A stretch of DNA of 64,000 nt from positions 186,001-250,000 of IMG/VR virus record IMGVR_UViG_3300023174_000040; one strand, 5' to 3'. Below are positions 24,986-35,330 of this stretch, one piece after another. The translations under genes were made by a program, and so were the position numbers. Positions within the stretch are counted from its first letter, which is position 1. Each line of letters begins with the position of its first letter. The notes beneath the pieces were generated by a model that worked only from the letters and a program-made list of their open reading frames with translations, had not been told where the DNA came from and ran no database searches.

Positions 24986-27967
24986 TTAACAGCAAATCTT
25001 AGTTAGTGTCATGCTGCCGATCCAGTTGGACGAGCAAGCACCTACCAAAGTCCAGCCACTTCCATTCCAATAACAGTGATTATTGTCCCCGCAACTCGTG
25101 TAATTTGATTTATTTCCTGATCCGGGTGCTTTTTGAGATACGGATAATATTTTATAATTCCTAGGTGATTCTATGCTGGCTATGTAGTCTAGGTTTCTCT
25201 GATCCCACGCCAGTGTACTTGGTGCACCATATCTTGATCTTAGATTAATAGGATCAGTAAAAATAACATTCGGCGTATATGTGGGCGTTGCCGTCAATGT
25301 GATTGTAGGTGTAGGAGTTAAAGTTTTTGTTGGAGTTGGTGTCGGGAAGGGTATATCATAACGACCTCGCAACATCTCGAAATTTTGAAGAACCTCGACT
25401 GCAGATAATCCCCTGTTGTATTGTTTAAATACCCCTACTCTTTGTTGTGACCAATCTGGAACTGGTTGGCTGTTGGCTGCAATTCTAAGAGGATAATTGC
25501 TACTAAAGTCATAATTATTTATCAACGGGCTATTATCGGTAAACATTTTTACTGAATTTTTATATAATCTAAACACGCCCTTAGTTCTGGTGTATACGAG
25601 ATGAACCCAAGTATTAAAATCAGTACTGTCCGTCAAGAGAGAAATCGGATTGCCGCCGGCATCTTGGTATTGCCACTCGGTGGTATTACTATTTATATTG
25701 TTTAAAACACCATTGAATCCGGCCCCCGCCGAGTATTTTCCTTTACCAAAGATTTTACCATAAGTAAAACCTCCATTCTTTGGATAAACCCATATTTCAT
25801 AAGCAAAGTCACCGCTCAAATTATTGATCGAAGCATTGTTGGCAACCTCCGCCCATTGAGTGGTGCTATTGGAATTAAATATCAAAATTCCACCATGATT
25901 AGCACTATAAATTGGCTGACTTATGAGTGTTGCGTGATTACCAAGACCGCTAAGATCTCTCCACACATAGCCAGTTCCAGGGTAACTCGATATATCCCCG
26001 GCATCTAGATGTAGAACTAACCCACTAACAGAAGACAAATATGTGCCTGTTACTGTTTGGGTTAATGTTGGGGTTTTAGTTGAAGTAGGAGTTTGAGTAT
26101 TGGTGGGAGTTCTGGTGTTGGTTCTAGTTAATGTTGGAGTGTTAGTTAATGTTTTGGTGTTAGTTAATGTTGGAGTATTAGTTGATGTTCTAGTGTTGGT
26201 TAAAGTTGGAGTGCTAGTTAATGTTAAAGTTGGAGTGTTAGTTAATGTTGTGGTACTAGTTTGTGTAGGGGTGCTAGTATTGGTCGGTGTTTGAGAACTA
26301 GTTAAAGTTGGAGTTCCCGTTAAAGTAGGGGTATTAGTTAGTGTGGGAGTTAGAGTCGGAGTGAGTGTTGGAGTGCTTGTTAAGGTTGCCGTCTGAGTTA
26401 AAATTAATGTTTGAGTACTGGTCAGGGTTTGAGTGCCAGTTATTGTCGGAGTATTTGTTAAAGTGGGAGTACTAGTTAAAGTGGGAGTTTCTGTTAGTGT
26501 AGGAGTATTTGTTAAAGTCGGAGTACTGGTTTTAATTGGTGTTTGAGTATTGGTGTTTGTTAAACTTATTGTGGGAGTTAGTGTAGGAGTCTCTGTTAAT
26601 GTGGGAGTATTTGTTAGTGTAGGAGTCTCTGTCAACGTGGGAGTATTTGTTAGTGTAGGAGTCTCTGTCAACGTGGGAGTATTTGTTAGTGTAGGAGTCT
26701 CTGTCAACGTGGGAGTATTTGTTAGTGTAGGAGTCTCTGTTAACGTTGGAGTAGATGTCAACGTAGGAGTCTCTGTTGACGTGGGAGTATTTGTTAGTGT
26801 AGGAGTGTTAGTAGGAGTGGATGTTTGAGTATTAGTTGAAGTAAGTGTCTGAGTACTTGTTAGCGTAGGTGTAATTGTAAGTGTCGCAGTTGGGGTTCTA
26901 GTATTTGTTCTTGTGAGAGTTGGCGTTAAGGTTAATGTGGGAGTAAGCGTGGGGGTAAGCGTGGGGGTAGGAGTGGGAACAACAGAGGGAGATAATATCT
27001 TATATGGACTAATATTATTAAAAATAATAGAAGAAGACCCACTGGATAAGGATCCCAATGTCCAAGATTCTTCTGCGTATATTGTTGGAAAATCAAATAA
27101 TCTTATATTTAAATAAGAACCCCCAGATCCATGAGTGGGAGATTCTCCTGCATCGGTGCTAGTGGTGGCCCATCCGACAACTTTATTAGAAGAGTCAATT
27201 AACACAACTTCAAATGATGCATAATCAACTTCTGTGAATTCAGGAAAGTCTTCTTTTGCTTTATTGATTGAATTAGAATAATTGAATTCAAATGATGTGC
27301 CAGAAAATTTTCTATCAATTAGATTATAGTCGCCAATATTTGATCCATAAAAATAAGAAGATGATAAATTAGAAGTATAGTCGTTTGTGCTTGGATTTTT
27401 TAATCTAAAATATCCACCAACGTAATATGCGGACACGGGATATGAAACTTGAGGGAGAGGCAAATCTAAATCATAAGGGGAAAAATTATTTACTCTACTA
27501 AATACAAGATATGTTTTTCCGCAAACAAACTGAGAAAAGCCAGGAAATCCAGTTGGAGTCCAAGATAGTAAATTATTTCCACTGGGCGCCTCTGTTATGA
27601 TCTTGGTAATTCTGGTCTTTACTTCGGGTGAAAGGTCAGAAATATTAAAATTAGATTCCGCTTTGTAGGTAATAAATTGAAATTTTTTATTTATAGCTCC
27701 ACTTTGATCAGGAGAATTTGAATTAATATTCAAAATATAATCAGAAAAATTACTTGCATTTTTTATTATGTATGATTTTTCAGGACCCAACGTACTAAAT
27801 CCAGGAAGTCCTGTTGGGGTCCAAGATAAAAGATTATTGCCACTAGCGGATTCTCCATATACTATATCGACTTGAGATAAACCGGATAGATTATAACTTT
27901 CTCTTGAACTTATTATTTGATATAATTTATTAATTATCATTTTAGTTCTAACCTCAAAGTGAAGCAC
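24986..27967 (-). CDS. Virion fibre-like protein with long Thr/Pro stalk and LamG domain
   Basis: Duplicated N-terminal [16 protein letters not shown]; about 300 aa of TPTLT repeats; GLVLHLDAG...WRDLSG.GNHA...WVHLVYT LamG; Cys-containing C-terminus. Probable start 27940. Confidence 0.8.
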   Translation of the reverse strand: MLHFEVRTKMIINKLYQIISSRESYNLSGLSQVDIVYGESASGNNLLSWTPTGLPGFSTLGPEKSYIIKNASNFSDYILNINSNSPDQSGAINKKFQFITYKAESNFNISDLSPEVKTRITKIITEAPSGNNLLSWTPTGFPGFSQFVCGKTYLVFSRVNNFSPYDLDLPLPQVSYPVSAYYVGGYFRLKNPSTNDYTSNLSSSYFYGSNIGDYNLIDRKFSGTSFEFNYSNSINKAKEDFPEFTEVDYASFEVVLIDSSNKVVGWATTSTDAGESPTHGSGGSYLNIRLFDFPTIYAEESWTLGSLSSGSSSIIFNNISPYKILSPSVVPTPTPTLTPTLTPTLTLTPTLTRTNTRTPTATLTITPTLTSTQTLTSTNTQTSTPTNTPTLTNTPTSTETPTLTSTPTLTETPTLTNTPTLTETPTLTNTPTLTETPTLTNTPTLTETPTLTNTPTLTETPTLTPTISLTNTNTQTPIKTSTPTLTNTPTLTETPTLTSTPTLTNTPTITGTQTLTSTQTLILTQTATLTSTPTLTPTLTPTLTNTPTLTGTPTLTSSQTPTNTSTPTQTSTTTLTNTPTLTLTSTPTLTNTRTSTNTPTLTNTKTLTNTPTLTRTNTRTPTNTQTPTSTKTPTLTQTVTGTYLSSVSGLVLHLDAGDISSYPGTGYVWRDLSGLGNHATLISQPIYSANHGGILIFNSNSTTQWAEVANNASINNLSGDFAYEIWVYPKNGGFTYGKIFGKGKYSAGAGFNGVLNNINSNTTEWQYQDAGGNPISLLTDSTDFNTWVHLVYTRTKGVFRLYKNSVKMFTDNSPLINNYDFSSNYPLRIAANSQPVPDWSQQRVGVFKQYNRGLSAVEVLQNFEMLRGRYDIPFPTPTPTKTLTPTPTITLTATPTYTPNVIFTDPINLRSRYGAPSTLAWDQRNLDYIASIESPRNYKILSVSQKAPGSGNKSNYTSCGDNNHCYWNGSGWTLVGACSSNWIGSMTLTKICC
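26050..26975 (-). repeat. Coding tandem repeat, 18/36-bp units ([12 protein letters not shown])
   Basis: Near-identical contiguous 36-bp units GTGTAGGAGTCTCTGTCAACGTGGGAGTATTTGTTA at about 26581-26796 within a longer degenerate array. Confidence 0.9.
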
Positions 27968-27973
27968 ATAAAA

Positions 27974-29362
27974 TTAAAAATTCACTTCGCCATTTGTAAA
28001 AAATCCAGAATAAGTGCTTCCTGATTTTGTGATTCTAAATGGTAAAGATAAGTAGTTTGGAGATAAAGACACTGAGGCTATTAAAATTCCTCCTGCTTTA
28101 ATATCCATGTTATATGGAATTCCCGAGCTACTCAAAGCATTAAACTCAAATATAGTTTCGCTTTCTGATGTTACTGTGACCCCAGTAGATTCTACGAACC
28201 AGTAACTAGGTGATAGGGGATTTGCCCCCAACACAGTAGTAATAGATGTATTCAAGAAAACAGTTGTTGTCGTAGTGGTTGTGGTAGTGGTTGGTGCCAT
28301 GGTTGTTGTTGGTCCTGCTGTGGTCGTGGTTGTAGTTGTTGGCTCTAATGTGGTTGTGGTTGGGCCAATTGTGGTCGTAGTAACTGTCGGGATATACATG
28401 AAGTGAACATCTATCTCAGCTATCCAATTAACATCACTCCCCAAAACCTTTAATCTAATCTTATCATCTTCAACTCTAATGTTAACATCCCAATCGTCAT
28501 TATCGGTATTTAATGATTTATTTTCTTCCCCCACAAGATATATGTATTGAGTTGAGCTTAATGGGGTATCGGGGTTTATCGATTTCCTATATGTCGCTTC
28601 TATATCAGATGATATTGCGGCATTTCTGTCGAAGTTAGTGCCGCTACATGATATTCTAAACTTGGCCAAAAGATTATCAGGGACATCAAATTCAAAAAAA
28701 GTTTTTTCGCTATTTCCAATTGTTGTTGCCGTGCCTGAGTATGTTATGCTTTTAGATAGATTGTTTCTTTTTTCTAAAATTATTGAATTCTGATTTTCTG
28801 AGAACGGATCACTATTATTCTCTATAGATACATAACCCTTAACATGAAGAGATTTTTCCGATTTACTCCAAACAACATCGTCTGTTACACTTACCGGATT
28901 AGCTCCATCACCGATTAAGAAGCTGCCTAAGTTAAGAGATGATCTGCCTGTTCCTCCCCAAGAAACATCAACTGGGGTGGCTTCCCACGTGCCAGAGAGA
29001 ATGGTTCCGACTTGCGTTAGTTTAGAATAACTAACGGTATCTCCCAGGGAGTATTGATCCAACACTAAGTCCCCATCAATTTTATATGACTTATAAAGAC
29101 TTAAATTAAAGCTTTCACTACTTGTCCAAGAATGTTTGGTATAGTCGAATAATATGGTTTTAGGGGTTGCCGCATTTACCTTGATTCCACTTTGATCCGC
29201 ACCAAGGTCACTTGTATTCAAAGAGCCTATTACCAATTGATTATCGGCAGATAAGAAAATACTAGTTACAAAATCTCTCATATCCTGGGCGGATATATCG
29301 CCAGAAGAATTATTGTAAAATAAGGATAATATATCTGTTCTTGTTCTTAGTGTGTCTGTCAT
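27974..29362 (-). CDS. Tail-fibre-like structural protein with Thr-rich linker
   Basis: LTQVGTILSGTWEATPVDVSWGGTG fibre-type motif; poly-Thr/Pro at about 28261-28387. Confidence 0.65.
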   Translation of the reverse strand: MTDTLRTRTDILSLFYNNSSGDISAQDMRDFVTSIFLSADNQLVIGSLNTSDLGADQSGIKVNAATPKTILFDYTKHSWTSSESFNLSLYKSYKIDGDLVLDQYSLGDTVSYSKLTQVGTILSGTWEATPVDVSWGGTGRSSLNLGSFLIGDGANPVSVTDDVVWSKSEKSLHVKGYVSIENNSDPFSENQNSIILEKRNNLSKSITYSGTATTIGNSEKTFFEFDVPDNLLAKFRISCSGTNFDRNAAISSDIEATYRKSINPDTPLSSTQYIYLVGEENKSLNTDNDDWDVNIRVEDDKIRLKVLGSDVNWIAEIDVHFMYIPTVTTTTIGPTTTTLEPTTTTTTTAGPTTTMAPTTTTTTTTTTVFLNTSITTVLGANPLSPSYWFVESTGVTVTSESETIFEFNALSSSGIPYNMDIKAGGILIASVSLSPNYLSLPFRITKSGSTYSGFFTNGEVNF

Positions 29363-29405
29363 TAAGGATATATATTGTTTTCATCTAAAATTACTATGTT
29401 ATTAA

Positions 29406-30503
29406 GTGAAAATACTTTTTTTAGCCTATACTAGCAAATATTATAATGGGAGTGGGATTAAAATAGAGAATCCTGGACTGACACGAAAAATGTCTTGTTT
29501 AGAGACATGGGTCCCAAAAATAGAGTCTTTGGGCCACAAAGTGATATTTTTTGATGGAGGCAACAAAGAAGTATCTTATGATAAAGACAACAAGATACTA
29601 CACTTAATAGCCAATGAATCTTACGACTATCCCAATACTGGGCTGGGGTCGTTTATGATTGAAAGATTGAAAGAGGCTGTACTATGGTCATTAAAAAATG
29701 AAGAGTTTGATTACATATTCAGGACAGATGATGGATCTTATTTAAATCACTACGTGATGGATGATTTAATGAAGGAGATGGAAGGATTCGATGTATTGAG
29801 GGCAAAATTTGGTGGCGGCGGCGGAATTTTAATGTCCAAAGAAGTTTGTCGAGAATTTATAAAATTTGAAAATACCTCAAATATAACATTAGAAGATATT
29901 GCTTTTTTTAATTTTTTAGCAATTAAAAAGTTTAAAACAAAAGTCACCAATTTATTATCTTGTTTTTACATACTTGGTGAAAAACTATTCTCTATTCATT
30001 ACACAAATGGCAAAAGACAATATTTTGTAAATAATATATTAGATTATTACTATGGCGGAAATCCAGTAGATAGAAAAGTTGTGGTGAACAGTCCCGCAAA
30101 TTTTGGAAAACTATTCCCCGTCAAGACTTGGAATTGGGATTGGGGAGGAACACCATTTTGGTATTCTTATGAAAAAGATATTTATAATTGGGAATATTAT
30201 ACGGGTCAAACAAGATGCCAATATGAACACAGGCAATGCTGCCCATTTGGGGAGGGGGCATTGTCCAGATTGATGTTTTATAATTTTGATTATAATCTAG
30301 AACATCAACCTGAAGAGGCTGTATTCAGAGAACACATATCTTCTTTAAAAGAAAATGGTTTGGCATATATTCCCGATTCCGATTTGTACAGAGACAGAAT
30401 ATTTGAAATCTATCCCGGCTCAGAGATCACAGACAATATTAAAGAAAATATAGAATTATTGGAAATCAATAAGAACAAATGGATATTAATCCGAAAAAAT
30501 TAA
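29406..30503 (+). CDS. Glycosyltransferase (GT31/galactosyltransferase-like)
   Basis: DYIFRTDDGSYLN (DDD-type motif), GGGGILMS, EDIAF; GTG start. Confidence 0.6.
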   Translation: MKILFLAYTSKYYNGSGIKIENPGLTRKMSCLETWVPKIESLGHKVIFFDGGNKEVSYDKDNKILHLIANESYDYPNTGLGSFMIERLKEAVLWSLKNEEFDYIFRTDDGSYLNHYVMDDLMKEMEGFDVLRAKFGGGGGILMSKEVCREFIKFENTSNITLEDIAFFNFLAIKKFKTKVTNLLSCFYILGEKLFSIHYTNGKRQYFVNNILDYYYGGNPVDRKVVVNSPANFGKLFPVKTWNWDWGGTPFWYSYEKDIYNWEYYTGQTRCQYEHRQCCPFGEGALSRLMFYNFDYNLEHQPEEAVFREHISSLKENGLAYIPDSDLYRDRIFEIYPGSEITDNIKENIELLEINKNKWILIRKN

Positions 30504-31033
30504 AAAGCATAGAGAGGATATTTGTCTGGTGAAACATCTGTCTCTATGAAGTCAATAATAGTCCTTAGCTGGTCGTATATGTCTCTCTTAGAGTTCAGGA
30601 TGATTGACTTGCGTTCTTCGTCCATGAAAAATCCTTCGGGATCAACTAGCACGACAGGGATCTTATCATTCAATTTGAGAGCAAATGGTGCGGACTTACC
30701 GACAGCAACAATTATATCGGGCTTGAATTTGGCGAAATCAATGTCCAGTTTACTTGTATTCTTAGATTCAAAAACGGTGCAATCTATATTTTGAAACTTC
30801 TTCAATAAAGGATGCTTCATCAAGTAAGAAAGATAGCCAGTGTCATTCATGAAAAAGATTCGAGTACCATCCCAAACAGGATCTTCATCCACTATTCTCT
30901 TGTAATACTTTTCACTGCCATTATCATAGTTTTCATATAATGGGTAATATTTTCGCTTCTTTTTCTTTGTCTTAGAAGAATTGTCTTCAATTTTATATTT
31001 GTTGATATCAAAATCAAACGATTCCAAATTCAT
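30500..31033 (-). CDS. Hypothetical protein
   Basis: 177-aa ORF; PDIIVAVG...PVVLVDP suggests a Rossmann-like alpha/beta fold. Confidence 0.6.
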   Translation of the reverse strand: MNLESFDFDINKYKIEDNSSKTKKKKRKYYPLYENYDNGSEKYYKRIVDEDPVWDGTRIFFMNDTGYLSYLMKHPLLKKFQNIDCTVFESKNTSKLDIDFAKFKPDIIVAVGKSAPFALKLNDKIPVVLVDPEGFFMDEERKSIILNSKRDIYDQLRTIIDFIETDVSPDKYPLYAF

Positions 31034-31120
31034 TGCGGCACCTTAGTATAGTGTGTGGAGAAATACTACTCCTCACAGGATGGATATTCAAGATACCGTA
31101 CCAAAAAGAAACTTAAAGAA

Positions 31121-31573
31121 TTAGTTTTCCCAAGGAAAAACTATCCATCTATTTTCTTTTTCTCGATCTATTTTTCTTGCAGTGTAGTCTACTGTAAAAG
31201 ATTGTCTTATATTGTAGAACAGGCATGCTGAATATATGTTTGAAAAACCTTCTGAAGTCAGACGTGATCTTATTCTTTGTAGAGTATCCCCGCTATCACA
31301 AATTTCGTCTACCAATAGTAGATTAGAAGATTTAGACACATCTTCTAATTCTATAGTTATATTATCTTTATAAATTGTTGCTACTCTAAGAGGAACAGAG
31401 AGTATGTGGCTGAATTTAATAGAAGGAACTAATCCTCCTCGTTTAATACCAATTATAAAATCAGGCATTACACCCGACCCAGATACACGACCAGATAAGA
31501 TTCTCATATCTGAATCAAAATCTTGCCAAGAGTATATTATTTCTTGTAGCATAATGATATTATTATAATGCAA
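31121..31573 (-). CDS. Type I phosphoribosyltransferase (Gpt/HPRT-like)
   Basis: IIGIKRGG, LLVDEICDSGDT (PRPP loop), WIVFPWE. Probable start 31552. Confidence 0.85.
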   Translation of the reverse strand: MHYNNIIMLQEIIYSWQDFDSDMRILSGRVSGSGVMPDFIIGIKRGGLVPSIKFSHILSVPLRVATIYKDNITIELEDVSKSSNLLLVDEICDSGDTLQRIRSRLTSEGFSNIYSACLFYNIRQSFTVDYTARKIDREKENRWIVFPWEN

Positions 31574-31579
31574 AAATAA

Positions 31580-32398
31580 TTAAAAATCAACTAAAGAAAT
31601 CTCATCATCAGATATTTCTCTGCCGAATTTATTAATAAATGCTTTTTTGATAACTTCTATCGGCTTGCCTTTTAAGTATAAGATAAATTCTTTTGGATCA
31701 TCTATGGAAGTTTTCTTTCTGCTATTAATAATTTTATTTTTTTCTAATAATTTATACGCAGAATTTTTAAAACCTTGTATGGCGTCTAGCGCCCCATTTT
31801 CACCGCCCTTATTCCCAGATATTCTTCCAGTCCAATCCATTGTTATTATATAAAGAAGAAGTTTAACTTTTCTTTCATTTTTATAATTTCCATCTTGATC
31901 GAAAACAACAGAAGACACCTTCTTGGAAAAAGATCCATTTCCAAGACTCATGTGATAATCAATACAGAAGTATATATCTTGTATTTCATCAGGGGATAGT
32001 ACCGATAACATAGGACTCCACATTGAACCAAGCTTATCTATCATTGGCTCGTAATGGTGGGATTGATCGTGCTGGTGTGCTGATATCTTACCGGATGTGT
32101 CGGCGGCATCTTTCCAATGAATGCCGTCTACAGTTGTCGCACTTGCTTTTCCAATATCGTGAAGCCAAGCACAAATCTTAAGAATTTTCTCTTCTTTATC
32201 AGACAGATCAAAGTTTATTTTTGAAAAGGGAAAAATTCCTTGCTCTTTCTTAAGTAGTCTTTTGGCAACTTCAAGAGAATTTCTGACCATTCTTGTGTGT
32301 TTGAAAACATCGCCCTCTGCGTGGTGTTCGGGATTTTGAGGGACATCCTTAAGTAAATCCCTAAGACTAGATTCGACAAGCCAAAGTTTAAAATTCAT
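31580..32398 (-). CDS. Stand-alone HD-domain phosphohydrolase of the CCA-enzyme-associated type, with CTS-like N-terminus
   Basis: QNPEHHAEGDVFKHT...AWLHDIGK...YHM...DWTGR; starts MNFKLWLVES. Confidence 0.8.
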   Translation of the reverse strand: MNFKLWLVESSLRDLLKDVPQNPEHHAEGDVFKHTRMVRNSLEVAKRLLKKEQGIFPFSKINFDLSDKEEKILKICAWLHDIGKASATTVDGIHWKDAADTSGKISAHQHDQSHHYEPMIDKLGSMWSPMLSVLSPDEIQDIYFCIDYHMSLGNGSFSKKVSSVVFDQDGNYKNERKVKLLLYIITMDWTGRISGNKGGENGALDAIQGFKNSAYKLLEKNKIINSRKKTSIDDPKEFILYLKGKPIEVIKKAFINKFGREISDDEISLVDF

Positions 32399-32418
32399 GA
32401 TATACTATATATTATTAG

Positions 32419-32781
32419 ATGTTCAACTTTATTAAAAGTATATTCTTTAAATTATCAAAAGAAGAAATTCAAGCTTTATCTGCACCAAGATCTGGGAAGT
32501 GGAGGACGGTCAGAAAAAATTATCTTGAATCACTTCCGATTGAGCGTAAAGAATGCGCCGTATGTGGTGCAACAAAAAATTTGGTTGTGCATCACATAGT
32601 TCCTGTTCATGTGGACCCAACAAAAGAACTTGATAATGATAATTTTATAGTTTTATGTGAAACGCCCACATTTAACTGCCATCTATTTTTCGGCCATCTA
32701 AAAAATTGGGTTAGATTTAATCCAAATATATTAGAAGATGCTAAAAATTGGAGAGAAAAACTAAATAAAATTTATAGATAA
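32419..32781 (+). CDS. HNH endonuclease
   Basis: W..VR...CAVCG...VHHIVP...NFIVLC...CH...GH. Confidence 0.85.
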   Translation: MFNFIKSIFFKLSKEEIQALSAPRSGKWRTVRKNYLESLPIERKECAVCGATKNLVVHHIVPVHVDPTKELDNDNFIVLCETPTFNCHLFFGHLKNWVRFNPNILEDAKNWREKLNKIYR

Positions 32782-32786
32782 ATTAT

Positions 32787-33230
32787 ATGTTAAATTTTAA
32801 AGATTGGCTTATAAGTGAAGGTTCTAATCCTGGCGGCAAAACTGGTTTGTATCCATTGGGATACGGTGGAATAGGATTATACCCGCCCCAGTGGTACCTC
32901 ACAAGAAGTGCGGATGCAATCTTTTACCTGTCCGTAGACGAAAGAATCTACAATTCAACAGATAAGACATCGTTTGATATAACTCATATACCCGGGGAGT
33001 CAAATACAAAATTAAATAGCGGCGAGTCTGGTTTGTGGAGTATAAGGGGCATAGGTGGTGAATCCACTTCACCAAAAATCAATAAAGATGGATTCTCGGC
33101 AAAATATGGAGAAGGAAAGCCTTGGAGCATAAAGAAGATACCCGGAAAACCTTCTTACACAAAAAACAAAGATTTTGTCCCAGATTCAGGAGACGGCGGC
33201 ATATGGAGCATAAAACATATTAAAAAGTAG
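32787..33230 (+). CDS. CTS-bearing hypothetical protein with internal repeats
   Basis: Starts MLNFKDWLISE; four (W/F)(S/D)IxxIxG repeats. Confidence 0.7.
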   Translation: MLNFKDWLISEGSNPGGKTGLYPLGYGGIGLYPPQWYLTRSADAIFYLSVDERIYNSTDKTSFDITHIPGESNTKLNSGESGLWSIRGIGGESTSPKINKDGFSAKYGEGKPWSIKKIPGKPSYTKNKDFVPDSGDGGIWSIKHIKK

Positions 33231-33304
33231 CTTTTTAAGTTCTAAGTATTTGATGCATAGATAATTATAGGTGAGTTAGGCTTCAAGTTTGCAAGGAGGC
33301 AAAA

Positions 33305-33754
33305 ATGAAAAAGTTATTGTTATCACTTTGTCTATTGACAGGATGTTATAGACATGTAAATATTCCAGAAAAAAAACCGGATACACAACAAAAGTCACAG
33401 AAAGCTTCTGTTACTTTAAGATTACTTGAATTACATAATTTTGAAAGAAATAGTCGAAGCATAAAATCATTGGAACTAGTTAATGATTTGAATAAATATG
33501 CACAAAATTATGCTGAGTACATGGCAAAAAACGACGCACTAATCCATTCAAATATATCAGTTTTGTTGAAGGACTACAATGCATGTGCAGAGAATATTGC
33601 TTCTGGGCAAAGGACACCGGAAGAGGTTGTCAAGGCTTGGATGGGATCTTACGGGCATAGATCCAACATACTGTCTTCAAGCTATAAACATGTAGGATTT
33701 GGTTGCTTCTCAGTAGAAGGTAAAATTTATTGGTGTGCAGTATTTGGAGATTAA
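33305..33754 (+). CDS. CAP/SCP-domain lipoprotein
   Basis: Lipobox LTGC; HNFER...AQNYAEYM...ENIA...VKAWMGSYGHRSNIL; SD AAGGAGG. Confidence 0.85.
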   Translation: MKKLLLSLCLLTGCYRHVNIPEKKPDTQQKSQKASVTLRLLELHNFERNSRSIKSLELVNDLNKYAQNYAEYMAKNDALIHSNISVLLKDYNACAENIASGQRTPEEVVKAWMGSYGHRSNILSSSYKHVGFGCFSVEGKIYWCAVFGD

Positions 33755-33755
33755 A

Positions 33756-34076
33756 TTACTTGTAAATATTTCCAAATTTAGATCCCTGCATACCGCCGAC
33801 ATCGCCCAATAAATCATCGAGAAGAGCAAGCATCTCGGGGTTTCTTCCTACAAATTGAATCAGTTTTTGATATTTATTTCCTTTTTCACCAAGATTACTG
33901 GAAATCTTAGCCAGGTTTTTATTCATTTGTTGTTTTGAGCGAACCTCAGGAGCAGGTTGTTGTGTATTTTGTCCTGGGGTCACGTCGTTGGAAGAATTGG
34001 TTGCCATGGGTTGTTGAAGTCCAACAGCAGGGGGAGCCATTTCGTTTATCAATTTGTTTAGTTTGTAGAAGTTCAT
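33756..34076 (-). CDS. Hypothetical protein (weak CTS-like start)
   Basis: MNFYKLNKLINE, then a Pro/Gln-rich low-complexity segment. Confidence 0.6.
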   Translation of the reverse strand: MNFYKLNKLINEMAPPAVGLQQPMATNSSNDVTPGQNTQQPAPEVRSKQQMNKNLAKISSNLGEKGNKYQKLIQFVGRNPEMLALLDDLLGDVGGMQGSKFGNIYK

Positions 34077-34107
34077 AATAATTATATATGCAGAACTAAT
34101 TAAAATA

Positions 34108-35328
34108 TCACCAACCTATTTTTGTCCTGAATCCAGAGAAAGTTTTTAATCTAAACGTTCTATCTGGGACATCAGGTAGTTTATAGTTTAATATTAAACA
34201 TTTATTGTGTGGAGGCAATGAATTTATACTAGGGTCAGATATGGACAAAACATGCTCATCGGCAACAAAACTCAACTCTTTTTCCAAGATCAAATCTTTA
34301 ACTTTATTTGTAACATCGACTAAATTTTCAGGACCTGGTGGCTGGGCCTCATCTCGCTGGATACCATCAAAACCAAAAAACGCTGAAATAATTTCTGGTT
34401 TTTTTCCTTCAAATGAATATGATCCATCATAAAAAAATCTAGGGCAGTCAGTTCCTTGTGGATCAAACTCATAGTGCCACATCTCATATTTCTTTATTTC
34501 GCTTGGACTTATGTTGCCCTCATGTAGCCATGCCTCTCCATACCACCTATCCCTGTATTTATATTCTATATTTTTCTTTATATGAGAAGATTTGGTCCAC
34601 CAAAAATTACCCCACCACCAGCCAAATATATTTGTGACGCCAACTGTATCGAATCCATTGTTTAATTTATCAACACAATCCTTCCATCTATCGATTGTGA
34701 AATAATCAAGTGATTCAGCCCAGTCATTTATGCTGTTTATTTTTTGTTGAGATATTTCTTTTGTTGAAAAATTCTTGAATTTATTATAAACACCTTTTAC
34801 ATGACTGTATAATAAATTTGTATTATTTCTAGTTTTTCCTAAATCATCTATTTTCTTTATTCCCCAATATTCTGGTATATTATCTGTGTGGTATTCTATT
34901 ATTAATTTACCATATTTATTAAAAGTTGTTCTTATGTCTTCTTCTTGATTATTGGTATCCGTTATGGTCAAATAAATCTCATCAGCAGTGTCATACAATC
35001 CAGAATTTATCATTCTATTTATTTTTGCGATAAGTCTATCTTTCCAATCATTTACTGCCCAACAAAATATGACAACTATTACGCTTTTATCGCCCTCTTC
35101 CTCCAACACATGATCACTTAAAATTAAAGTTTGATTTTCTGGGATCTTTGATTTTTTGCCGTCATGAATTAAATCTAGATATTTAAATACTCCGGGAGTA
35201 GGATCTCCAAATAAATCATTTCCCACTAATACAAAAGATAATCCTTTCTTTATTTTATCATTAAGTATATCTGTGACATCCTTGCCTCCATAAACAGCAC
35301 TTTCTATAAAATTAATTTTTTTTGTCAT
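34108..35328 (-). CDS. Glycosyltransferase-like protein flanked by SUEL/Gal-lectin-like modules
   Basis: N-terminal SAVYGGKDVT...FGDPTPGVFKYL; central YSHVKG...GNFWW; C-terminal ISAFFG...DVT...DP...KCLILNY. Confidence 0.55.
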   Translation of the reverse strand: MTKKINFIESAVYGGKDVTDILNDKIKKGLSFVLVGNDLFGDPTPGVFKYLDLIHDGKKSKIPENQTLILSDHVLEEEGDKSVIVVIFCWAVNDWKDRLIAKINRMINSGLYDTADEIYLTITDTNNQEEDIRTTFNKYGKLIIEYHTDNIPEYWGIKKIDDLGKTRNNTNLLYSHVKGVYNKFKNFSTKEISQQKINSINDWAESLDYFTIDRWKDCVDKLNNGFDTVGVTNIFGWWWGNFWWTKSSHIKKNIEYKYRDRWYGEAWLHEGNISPSEIKKYEMWHYEFDPQGTDCPRFFYDGSYSFEGKKPEIISAFFGFDGIQRDEAQPPGPENLVDVTNKVKDLILEKELSFVADEHVLSISDPSINSLPPHNKCLILNYKLPDVPDRTFRLKTFSGFRTKIGW

Positions 35329-35330
35329 TT

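Noticed and set aside
26581-26796. 36-bp direct repeats resembling a CRISPR array
   Set aside because: The units are contiguous with no unique spacers and encode in-frame [12 protein letters not shown] repeats; no cas genes are in the window.
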